From NCBI GenBank assembly GCA_047284725.1, contig JBJBEO010000001.1:952203-1016202 (forward strand): 64,000 nt of DNA. Reading direction: 5' to 3'. The stretch's first letter is position 1. Each line of letters opens with the position of its first letter. Below the pieces are notes generated by a model. It saw only the letters and a list, made by a program, of their open reading frames with translations, made no database searches and was not told the origin of the DNA. Shown here piece by piece: positions 18,889 to 27,358 of the stretch. The translations under genes were made by a program, and so were the position numbers. The stretch comes from Synechococcus sp. (GTDB lineage Bacteria > Cyanobacteriota > Cyanobacteriia > PCC-6307 > Cyanobiaceae).

Positions 18889-19854
18889 ATGGCGCCCCTG
18901 TCCCTGCTGCCTGACGCGGATCTGGTGCGTTCGTACCTGCGTGACATCGGCCGCGTGCCACTGCTGAGCCATCAGCAGGAGATCACGCTGGGCCGACAGG
19001 TACAGGAGCTGATGGAGCTGGAGTCGCTGGAGTCGGAGTTGAAGGATCAGCTGGGCGGAGAGTCGGTGCCTGCAGCGGAGCTGGCGAAGAAGGCGGGTCT
19101 GAGCGGTGTGCAGCTGAAGCGGAAGCTGCAGGCGGGCCGCCGGGCGAAGGAGCGGATGGTGGCGGCCAATCTGAGGTTGGTGGTGAGCGTCGCGAAGAAA
19201 TACACCAAGCGGAATATGGAGCTGCTGGATCTGATCCAGGAGGGAACGATCGGTCTGGTGCGTGGTGTGGAGAAGTTTGATCCGACCCGCGGATACAAGT
19301 TCAGTACGTATGCGTACTGGTGGATCCGTCAGGGGATCACGAGGGCGATCGCCGAGAAGAGCCGAACGATTCGTCTGCCGATTCACATCACGGAGATGCT
19401 GAACAAGCTGAAGAAAGGTCAGCGTGAGTTGAGCCAGGAGCTGGGGCGTACGCCGACGGTGACGGAGCTGGCGGAGTTTGTGGAGCTGCCCGAGGAGGAG
19501 GTGAAGGATCTGATGTGCCGCGCCCGTCAGCCGGTGAGTTTGGAGATGAAGGTGGGAGATGGTGATGACACGGAACTGCTGGAACTGTTGTCGGGGGATG
19601 GCGAACTGCCGAGTGAGCAGGTGGAGGGCGAGTGCCTGAAGGGAGACCTGCGGGATCTGCTGGAGCAACTGCCGGATCTCCAGCGGAAGGTGCTGCGGAT
19701 GCGCTACGGGATGAATGGAGAGGACCCGATGAGCCTCACCGGTATTGCTAAGAACCTCAAGATGAGCCGGGATCGCACCCGCAGGCTCGAACGGGAAGGA
19801 CTGGAGATGCTGCGTAACGGTGATGCTCAGCTTGAGGCCTATGTTGCGATCTGA
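18889..19854 (+). CDS. Group 2 RNA polymerase sigma-70 factor
   Basis: Region 1.2 DLVRSYLRDIGRVPLL; regions 2.1-2.4 ANLRLVVSVAKKY...DLIQEG...KFDPTRGYKFSTYAYWWIRQ; no region 1.1. Confidence 0.95.
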   Translation: MAPLSLLPDADLVRSYLRDIGRVPLLSHQQEITLGRQVQELMELESLESELKDQLGGESVPAAELAKKAGLSGVQLKRKLQAGRRAKERMVAANLRLVVSVAKKYTKRNMELLDLIQEGTIGLVRGVEKFDPTRGYKFSTYAYWWIRQGITRAIAEKSRTIRLPIHITEMLNKLKKGQRELSQELGRTPTVTELAEFVELPEEEVKDLMCRARQPVSLEMKVGDGDDTELLELLSGDGELPSEQVEGECLKGDLRDLLEQLPDLQRKVLRMRYGMNGEDPMSLTGIAKNLKMSRDRTRRLEREGLEMLRNGDAQLEAYVAI

Positions 19855-20096
19855 TCGGCAACGACCTAATTTTGCCGAAGCTTAACTGGGACAGAGGGCT
19901 TCGGTATCTAGGCTGCAAATGATGTGTTGATTTGCGCCTGGATCGGATTTTCGGGTGATCGCAATGATCGATAATTAGGTCGAAATTTCTAATTTTTATC
20001 GTTTTTTTCGTATGGTATCTGATATCCAATGCTCTCGGTAACTGCGTCGTCGCATTGAGCTAAGCGCTGGTCAATGGATGACGCTGTTTTGAGTTA

Positions 20097-20585
20097 TTAA
20101 AAGAATTCGTCGAAATTATCAAAGTCAACGGCCTTGAAGTTTCCTGTTTCCACTTGGCTCATCAATCTTTCGAGCTGAGCCCAAAGCGCACCAGCGGTCA
20201 AGAGCGACAGCAACAGTGCTACCAGCAACGCCGCTCCAGACGCGAAGCCAAACACTTGAAGCGATCCGCCAATGAACAGGGTGACACCGATCACGATACC
20301 GGTGTAGCTGCTGGTGGTTTCGAACCGCCCCAATGGCAGCAAGGGGATGCGATCGTTTTTCCAGCGATCCAGTTTGTCTTTGACCAGCTGGGCGAAGGTC
20401 AGTCCACAGAGGATTCCGATTGCTAAACCGACACCAGCCATAAGATAGGGGGGCTGGCTGAGACGGGCGTACTCGAGCAGGATCTCGTCGGCATTGAGAT
20501 CCCCAAAAAGACCGGAGTAGGCATCAAAGTCGGCCTGTTGCAGATCAATGGGAGCGAAAGTGGGCTCTAGAGCCATGGAAAGCAA
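20097..20585 (-). CDS. Conserved cyanobacterial membrane protein
   Basis: Three hydrophobic segments; QPPYL...GLTF motif; acidic C-terminus. Confidence 0.75.
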   Translation of the reverse strand: MLSMALEPTFAPIDLQQADFDAYSGLFGDLNADEILLEYARLSQPPYLMAGVGLAIGILCGLTFAQLVKDKLDRWKNDRIPLLPLGRFETTSSYTGIVIGVTLFIGGSLQVFGFASGAALLVALLLSLLTAGALWAQLERLMSQVETGNFKAVDFDNFDEFF

Positions 20586-20623
20586 TCACTCCGAGAGGAA
20601 AAGAGGAATCGACCTTAGAGGAC

Positions 20624-22315
20624 TCAGGCGGCAGCCAGGGGATTCAGGCGTCGCAGCATGCCGCTCGCCACGTTTCTGGGCCCGAAGGTTCGGCCAAGCA
20701 TCCCCCCCAGGGCCCTGAAATCACTGGTGCTGAGTCGGTCATCCTTGATCAGGGTCATCAGCAAGCGTCTGCGTAGATCACGGCCGTCTTTACCCAGCAA
20801 TAATTTCAACCCTGCTCCTGCCACTGGAATCAGTTCAAGCCCAGGGCTCTGGCCGCTGCTGCCAACCACATTGAGCAGGCTCTCCAACCGTTCAATGCGG
20901 AGCTGGCCGTTGCTGTCAAAAATCACTTCAAGCAGTTTTTCGCGCATCTCCCAGGTGTCACCAGCCAACAGGCGCTTGGCCACGTAGGGGTAGGCCACCG
21001 CAATGATGCGGAACTCGGGATCCAGTCTCAAGGCCAGTCCTTCCTGGCTCACCACTGCTCTGATGATCAGAGCAAATCGCGCCGGCACTCTGAAGGGGTA
21101 GTCATACATCAGCTCCGAAAAGCGGTCAGTGATTGCTTTGAAGTTGAACGAACCCACTTCCTCTCCCAGGCTCCCGCCCAGGACTTCCCTGAGGGGGGGA
21201 ACGATGGCAGACAGATTTGCATTGGGTGCCAGGAAACCCAGTTGTTGGAAATCTTTGGCGAGAGCATCGAAATCCTGATTGATCAGATGCACCACGGCAC
21301 CTGTCAGGGTGAGACGATCGGTATCGCTGATCGAATCCATCATCCCGAAATCCACATAAGCCACATGGCCCAGATCGCCACTGCGGCCACTGAGGGCAAA
21401 GAGATTGCCGGGGTGAGGATCGGCGTGAAAGTATCCGAATTCCAGTAGTTGCTGCAGACCGCTGATCACCCCGGTGCGGATCAGGGCACTGGGATCAAGG
21501 CGTTGGGCTTTGAGTTCCTGACGATCCCGCAGTTTGGTGCCATGGATCCAGCTGGTCGTCAGGACCCGCCTGGAGGTGAGCATGCGCTCCACCCGGGGAA
21601 TGGTGACCGCTGGGTTGTCAGCAAAGAGTGCGGCGAATCGCTCCGCGTTATCGGCTTCACGCATGTAGTCGATTTCTTCGAAGAGGCTGCGGCCAAACTC
21701 ATCGATGATTTCTCCCAGGCCGAAGCCGAGGTTGAGGGGCAGAAGCGGTGCCACCAGCACTCCCAAGCTGCGGATCAGGACCATGTCGCGCCGCAGGATG
21801 AACGGCAGGTTGGGGCGTTGCACCTTCACCGCCACCCAGTGCTGACCGTGCAGGCGTGCGCGATACACCTGCCCCAGGCTGGCTGCCGCGACGGGCTGAT
21901 CGGGGAACTCTTCGAAGAGCTGCGTGACTGCTGCACCCAGCTCCTCTTCAATGGTTCTCAGTGCGATTGCATGACTGAAGGGCGGTAGATCGTCTTGAAG
22001 CTTTGTCAGCTCATCCAACCAATCGCGCCGGATTAAATCGGGCCGTGTTGACAGGGCTTGCCCCACTTTGATGAAGCAAGGTCCAAGGTTGGTCAACGTG
22101 CGAAGCAGGGTGCGGGCCAGTTGCCGCTGCACGTCGGGATCGCTGCTGTGGCCTCGAATCAGCAGGCTCGCCGCGAGCCCCAGCAATGCCCAGACGATTT
22201 GAATCAGGCGTGGAATGGTGATCCAAGGCCTCAGGATTAACCAACGGGCATCACGGCCTGGTTGGTAGCGAAGTGGTTCATGCTGCTGGCCGCCGGTTGC
22301 CGTGCTGCCTGCCAT
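20624..22315 (-). CDS. ABC1/AarF/UbiB family atypical kinase
   Basis: LGPCFIKVGQALSTRPD, AAASLGQVY, VAVKVQRP, FHADPHPGN, DFGM. Confidence 0.93.
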   Translation of the reverse strand: MAGSTATGGQQHEPLRYQPGRDARWLILRPWITIPRLIQIVWALLGLAASLLIRGHSSDPDVQRQLARTLLRTLTNLGPCFIKVGQALSTRPDLIRRDWLDELTKLQDDLPPFSHAIALRTIEEELGAAVTQLFEEFPDQPVAAASLGQVYRARLHGQHWVAVKVQRPNLPFILRRDMVLIRSLGVLVAPLLPLNLGFGLGEIIDEFGRSLFEEIDYMREADNAERFAALFADNPAVTIPRVERMLTSRRVLTTSWIHGTKLRDRQELKAQRLDPSALIRTGVISGLQQLLEFGYFHADPHPGNLFALSGRSGDLGHVAYVDFGMMDSISDTDRLTLTGAVVHLINQDFDALAKDFQQLGFLAPNANLSAIVPPLREVLGGSLGEEVGSFNFKAITDRFSELMYDYPFRVPARFALIIRAVVSQEGLALRLDPEFRIIAVAYPYVAKRLLAGDTWEMREKLLEVIFDSNGQLRIERLESLLNVVGSSGQSPGLELIPVAGAGLKLLLGKDGRDLRRRLLMTLIKDDRLSTSDFRALGGMLGRTFGPRNVASGMLRRLNPLAAA

Positions 22316-23806
22316 GAACCGCGCTTTGAAGAATGGCTGAATCTAGGCAGCAACCGTCCACCATTGAGACTGGTGAACGATGGCCTTCGCCTGCTGACGG
22401 CTTTGGAGACGCCCTTGCTGCCGTTGTTGCAACCTCGCTCTGGCGACTGGCTGCATTTGCCTTCCCATGGCCGTGGGCGCGCCCTGCCCGGATCGATGCG
22501 CCGCCTCCTGAACGGTCCTGCTGGCAGCTGGGATCTGCCAGAGCTTCCCCAGATCGGCGGACCACTGGAAAGCGACGGTGCTGTGGCCGCGAGCCAAGCT
22601 GCTGCTGCTGAAGCCTATGGCGCTGAACGTTGTTGGTATGGGGTGAATGGGGCGACAGGACTGTTGCAGGCTGCCCTGCTGGCCATGGCCTCCCCTGGTC
22701 AGGCGGTGTTGATGCCACGCAATGTGCATCGCAGCCTGATTCAGGCCTGTGTGCTGGGTGGAATCACGCCGGTGCTGTTTGATCTGCCGTTCCTCGCTGA
22801 TCGCGGCCATGTCGCGGGGTTGGATGCTGCCTGGTTGGAGCGGGTGCTTCTGGCGTTGGAGTCCCTGCCTTTGGTCGTGGTGGGTGCGGTACTGGTTCAG
22901 CCCACTTACCACGGCTATGCGGTGGATCCGCAACCCATGGTGAATGCTCTGCAGGCCCGTGAGTTACCGGTGCTGGTGGATGAGGCCCATGGCAGCCATC
23001 TGCTCGCCGGTGTGGACCCCCAGTTGCCCCAGTCGGCATTGCACGCCGGTGCCGACCTGGTGGTGCACTCATTGCATAAATCCTCCACCGCCCTTGGCCA
23101 ATCAGCAGTGCTCTGGTGCCAGGGACGTCGGATTGATCCCGAGCAGGTGGATCGCAGTCTGGGTTGGCTGCAGACTTCGAGTCCAAGTGCGTTGTTGCTC
23201 GCATCCTGCGAGGCTTCACTTGCGGATTGGCAAATGACCAAGGGGCGGGTGCGTTTGCGCCGCCGTCTAGATCAGGGGCGCGCGTTGCAGGCCCGCCTTC
23301 GCCGCTCCGGAGTGCCCTTGCTCTCGACCACCGATCCCTTGCGTTTGATCCTGCACACCGCCGCTGCAGGCTTATCGGGGCTCGAGGTCGACCACTGGAT
23401 GATGCAGCGGGGAGTGGTTGCTGAGTTGCCTGAACCAGGCTGTCTCACGTTTTGCATGGGCTTTGCGCGCCATCGAGGCTTTGCACGTCGCATCGTCGGG
23501 GCTTGGCGCATGCTCAGCCGCAACCATGCCACTCAGGCACCTCTGCCTTCTTTCATGCCACCGCCGCTCCCTCTGCTCAGCAGTCCGACCGTGGCCTGCG
23601 GCGAGGCTTGGCGGGCTGAGAGCCGCATGGTGGATTGGCCCGATGCGGTGGGGTCTCTCTCCTCCCAGCTGGTTTGCCCCTACCCCCCTGGGATTCCGCT
23701 GCTGATTCCTGGCGAGCGTCTTGATCGGGATCGGGTGAGCTGGATCATGCAGCAGCGCCAGTTTTGGCCGGATCAGATCAGCAGTAAGGTAAGGATTGTG
23801 GCCTGA
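22262..23806 (+). CDS. Orn/Lys/Arg decarboxylase family PLP enzyme (true start probably near 22400)
   Basis: HLPSHGRG, VNGAT, PRNVHRS, VDEAHG, HSLHKS (PLP Lys), QTSSPS, CPYPPGIP. Confidence 0.88.
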   Translation: MVAKWFMLLAAGCRAACHEPRFEEWLNLGSNRPPLRLVNDGLRLLTALETPLLPLLQPRSGDWLHLPSHGRGRALPGSMRRLLNGPAGSWDLPELPQIGGPLESDGAVAASQAAAAEAYGAERCWYGVNGATGLLQAALLAMASPGQAVLMPRNVHRSLIQACVLGGITPVLFDLPFLADRGHVAGLDAAWLERVLLALESLPLVVVGAVLVQPTYHGYAVDPQPMVNALQARELPVLVDEAHGSHLLAGVDPQLPQSALHAGADLVVHSLHKSSTALGQSAVLWCQGRRIDPEQVDRSLGWLQTSSPSALLLASCEASLADWQMTKGRVRLRRRLDQGRALQARLRRSGVPLLSTTDPLRLILHTAAAGLSGLEVDHWMMQRGVVAELPEPGCLTFCMGFARHRGFARRIVGAWRMLSRNHATQAPLPSFMPPPLPLLSSPTVACGEAWRAESRMVDWPDAVGSLSSQLVCPYPPGIPLLIPGERLDRDRVSWIMQQRQFWPDQISSKVRIVA

Positions 23807-23816
23807 AGGTCAGGCG

Positions 23817-24680
23817 ATGCAGAGCGTTTCCAGCCAGCGCCTGGTCAGTGGTCTGGCTGCTGGTGGATTTGGCTTGGTGGTGGTTGGCCTTGGTGGATGG
23901 TGGTTCACCGCGGCCCTGATGGTGATTGTGCATCTGGGTTTGCTGGAGTTCTTCCGCATGGCTCAATGCACGGGCATCAGGCCTGCCACCAAGACCACTC
24001 TGGTGGCCTGTCAGCTCCTGCTGATTAGCACCCAGTGGGATGTGGCAGGAACCGTTCCCTCCTCGTTGGCTTCAGCTGTTCTGCCCCTGTCCGGTGCCGC
24101 CATCTGCGGATGGTTGCTTCTGCAGCCCAAGACTGGCTCGATCGCGGATATAGCCGCGTCCATTTTCGGGCTGTTTTATCTCGGTTATCTGCCCAGTCAC
24201 TGGTTGCGACTCCGTCAGCTCACCCAGCCCCCCTTGCCTCCAGAGGCTTTCAACTGGCTGAGCACAGGGTTCGTGGTCACGCTGATGGCCTGCCTGATGA
24301 TTGTGGCCAGTGACATCGGCTCGTACTGGATCGGCCGTCGTTTCGGTCGGTTGCCCTTGTCTCCTATCTCCCCTGGGAAGACCGTGGAAGGGGCTGTGGG
24401 AGGACTCGGCGCGGCTGTCACGGTGGGGGTCGTGTTTTCTGTCTGGCTCCAGTGGCCTGTGGCGATCCTTTCCGGTGGCCTGCTGGGTGCCTTGGTGGCC
24501 CTCTTCGCGCTGGTGGGTGATCTCACCGAATCAATGATGAAGAGAGATGCAGGCCTCAAGGATTCCGGGGATGCGTTGCCAGGTCATGGCGGAATCCTGG
24601 ATCGAATCGACAGTTACCTGTTTACTCCAGCTGTGGTGTTTTATGCAGTGACTCTTTTTTTGCCGTTGTTCCCTTCGTGA
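23817..24680 (+). CDS. cdsA: Phosphatidate cytidylyltransferase
   Basis: SDIGSY, ISPGKTVEG, GDLTESMMKRDAGLKDSG..PGHGGILDRIDS. Confidence 0.95.
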   Translation: MQSVSSQRLVSGLAAGGFGLVVVGLGGWWFTAALMVIVHLGLLEFFRMAQCTGIRPATKTTLVACQLLLISTQWDVAGTVPSSLASAVLPLSGAAICGWLLLQPKTGSIADIAASIFGLFYLGYLPSHWLRLRQLTQPPLPPEAFNWLSTGFVVTLMACLMIVASDIGSYWIGRRFGRLPLSPISPGKTVEGAVGGLGAAVTVGVVFSVWLQWPVAILSGGLLGALVALFALVGDLTESMMKRDAGLKDSGDALPGHGGILDRIDSYLFTPAVVFYAVTLFLPLFPS

Positions 24681-24700
24681 GGCACGGATGAGACGCCGTG

Positions 24701-25336
24701 TCAGGGAGTCACCCGGGCATGGCCTCTCAGATGCAGTTGTCCAGCTTTGAGGGCAGCTTCTTCGATGTCGATATTGCTGTCCATTGGCAGCAACAGCTCA
24801 CCATCGGCTCCAACACGGCTGATCCGGATCGTGCCTTGGGCAGCATCCAGACGGTATTCCTTTTTCACGACCTCCCCGGCATTGATCACCGGTGAGGTGA
24901 GCACCAGCATGTCGTTGTCGATTTCTAGTCCACCCAGGGTGTTGAGCCCCATCAACTGTTCGGCCAGCCAGTCGCCAAGCCAGCGCCAGCGTTCTGTCAG
25001 TAGGGCCCGGTTGAGATCCACCCCGCGCATGGTGACGGACCCCCTCAGCTGGAACTCCTCCTTGAATTGAAGGAGTTGGCCGGGTTGTTGGGGCTTGATG
25101 TTGAGATTGAGGGGGCCACTGCTCACATGGGTGTGATGAATGGGGAGTCCCTGAAACGTCACGAGGCGTCCTTCCAGGTCGACTCTGTTGAGCTTGCCTC
25201 TGAGTAATTGAAGTGCAGAGCCGTTCAGCACCAGGTTCAGATCGCCGACTTCATCGCACTGACGCCGAATCCAAAGGCTTAGGCCGTTGGCCAACAACTG
25301 GAGCACAGGGCCTGAGCTCGGGGTTGAGTCACTCAT
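24701..25336 (-). CDS. DUF2993/LmeA-like phospholipid-binding protein
   Basis: LWIRRQCDEV..L.L.LNGSALQLLRG pattern; ATGA-coupled to the upstream hydrolase. Confidence 0.7.
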   Translation of the reverse strand: MSDSTPSSGPVLQLLANGLSLWIRRQCDEVGDLNLVLNGSALQLLRGKLNRVDLEGRLVTFQGLPIHHTHVSSGPLNLNIKPQQPGQLLQFKEEFQLRGSVTMRGVDLNRALLTERWRWLGDWLAEQLMGLNTLGGLEIDNDMLVLTSPVINAGEVVKKEYRLDAAQGTIRISRVGADGELLLPMDSNIDIEEAALKAGQLHLRGHARVTP

Positions 25337-26208
25337 GCTGTTGCCCCTGCATCCATGCCCTGCCAACGCTCTGCCACCAACTCAGGTTGATCGAGGTGAG
25401 GGAGATGACCACAGTGATCAACCTCTTCAAGACGTGGCCCAAGCAGTTCTACAGCGGCTTTTTTTTGTGGTGCACGCAGGATGCGGTCTTGCTCGCCCCA
25501 AAGGACATGCAAGGGTTGATTGGGAAGGGGGTTGCCGCAACCGGCAAAGCCGCCACTGCGGGCAAAGGTGGCGAGCGACTGAGCCCATCCAGTCACCCTG
25601 AGGTGCGCCGAGGCAATTTCAAGTTCTGCGTCCCCGACGCTGCTTTCGGGATCCGCAAAAGCCTGGCGGCAGAGGCCGCTGCGGACGCCAGGTCGTCCCA
25701 GGAACCACACCCCCAGTCGATCGAGCACGGGTGGGAGCGGCATCGGCTTGCCATCGAGTCCGGCAGGAGAGAGCAGCAGTAAGCGGCTGATCCGCTCAGG
25801 ATGGCGCCTGGCCAGTTCCATGGCGATGGCGCCTCCCATCGACGCTCCGATCAACCCGATGGGTTGATCGCTGGGGAGTTTGTTCAGGAGTGCCGCGAGG
25901 TGGGCGAGCACCGCCTCAGGACCGACAGCAGCACCAGGATGACGGGGGCAGAACCCGAAGCCGTAAAGATCCGGCACCACCACTCGGTGGGTCTGCTGCA
26001 ACAGCGGCACGAGTCGGCGGAACTCAAGATGGCTGCTGTCGAATCCGTGCAGGAGCAGCACCACAGGGCCATCACCGTGTTGAACAACTGGATAGAGATC
26101 GTTTGTAGGGGCATCCAGCTCCCACCACTGCAGGCCTTTGTGTAGTTGGCGAGCCTGGGGGTCAAGAAAACTGGGGCCTAACGATTCGAGCAGGGCCCGG
26201 TGGTTCAA
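25333..26208 (-). CDS. Alpha/beta fold hydrolase
   Basis: LLHGFDSS, GASMGG nucleophile elbow, WGEQD, GHLPH. Confidence 0.9.
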   Translation of the reverse strand: MNHRALLESLGPSFLDPQARQLHKGLQWWELDAPTNDLYPVVQHGDGPVVLLLHGFDSSHLEFRRLVPLLQQTHRVVVPDLYGFGFCPRHPGAAVGPEAVLAHLAALLNKLPSDQPIGLIGASMGGAIAMELARRHPERISRLLLLSPAGLDGKPMPLPPVLDRLGVWFLGRPGVRSGLCRQAFADPESSVGDAELEIASAHLRVTGWAQSLATFARSGGFAGCGNPLPNQPLHVLWGEQDRILRAPQKKAAVELLGPRLEEVDHCGHLPHLDQPELVAERWQGMDAGATA

Positions 26209-27347
26209 GTCGGAGTCTCCTTGCCCACCACGGCACTGGGCGTATAACCGCTTTGTGTGCTGATCAGGGCTTCAAGCAGGTCAGTGGCCTCGACATTAAA
26301 GGGAAGATGGTGCAGATCCGAGCCAGGGCGGCAGGCAAATTCACAGGCACTCTGCAGATCATGCAGACCCGCCTGACCCAATCCAAGATCCTGCAACGAC
26401 ACCGGCAGACCGAGTTCCTGAAGCAGAGGCAGCAGTTGGCGGCGCGCTTGAGCGGCTAACTGACTGCCTCCGAGGCGTTCCTCCAAGCGCAGTTGGACCA
26501 GGATTCCAAACCCAACCTTTTCTCCATGAAGCACGTCGTGACAGGCGTTTAACTGGGTGAGGCCGTTGTGAACGGCATGGGCAGCAACAGTTCGGCATTG
26601 AGCACCGCCGAGGCCACCGATCACACCTGCAGTGAGGCCGCAGGCTTCAGCCACCCGTATCCAGGCTGCACTGGCGGGATCCTGCAATGCTTCGCTTGCA
26701 TCCAACAGCAGTTGGTCGCGGAGGACCCTTGCCATTTGCACTGCTTGTTGAATCAACCCATCCGTGCTGGCGCCGCTACTCACGGATGCCTCGTACCATT
26801 TGGCGAGAGCGTCGGCGATGCCGCTGGCGAGCGTGCGAGCCGGTGCCTGGCGTAGAAAACCGTGGTCGAAGATCAAGAGATCTGGACACCGCTTCAGTGC
26901 CACGTCCTCAATGAAGGCGCCGTTCGGGGAATAGAGGTTCGAGAGTGCTGTCCAGCCCGCGCAGGTGGCTGCACTGAGTGGAACGGTGATGCAGACAATC
27001 CCGAGACGGTCGGCGAGCAGTTTGCCTGCATCCATGACTTTCCCACCACCGGCTGCAATCAATCCATCGCAGCCAGTAATTTTGATCTGTTGCTCTAACC
27101 GTTGAAGATCCTTCTCGCAACAGTCGTGGTTGAGGCAGACAGGAAGACTTTCAATTCCTTGCCCTTGCAGCTCAACACTCAGCTGCTGACGCAGCCCAGC
27201 GGTGGCTTCACTTCGACCCAAGAGCGCAGGGCTGCGACACAGAGCTGAAATGAGAGGCAGAGCGTCACTCCAGGCATGCTCCCCCCGGATTAACCGGGAG
27301 GGCGCCATAGTGTGGTGCACAGTGGACGCCAGAGACTGCGTGGTCAT
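26205..27347 (-). CDS. gldA: Iron-containing alcohol dehydrogenase / glycerol dehydrogenase family
   Basis: AGGGKVMDAGK, ATCAGWT, GIADALAKWYE, AHAVHNGL, HGEKVGFG. Confidence 0.85.
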   Translation of the reverse strand: MTTQSLASTVHHTMAPSRLIRGEHAWSDALPLISALCRSPALLGRSEATAGLRQQLSVELQGQGIESLPVCLNHDCCEKDLQRLEQQIKITGCDGLIAAGGGKVMDAGKLLADRLGIVCITVPLSAATCAGWTALSNLYSPNGAFIEDVALKRCPDLLIFDHGFLRQAPARTLASGIADALAKWYEASVSSGASTDGLIQQAVQMARVLRDQLLLDASEALQDPASAAWIRVAEACGLTAGVIGGLGGAQCRTVAAHAVHNGLTQLNACHDVLHGEKVGFGILVQLRLEERLGGSQLAAQARRQLLPLLQELGLPVSLQDLGLGQAGLHDLQSACEFACRPGSDLHHLPFNVEATDLLEALISTQSGYTPSAVVGKETPT

Positions 27348-27358
27348 GACGCCTGGCT

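Noticed and set aside
18769..19668. 299-aa antisense ORF over the sigma gene
   Set aside because: Low-complexity L/Q/H/R sequence expected from the mirror frame of CTG/GAG/GTG codons; no domain.
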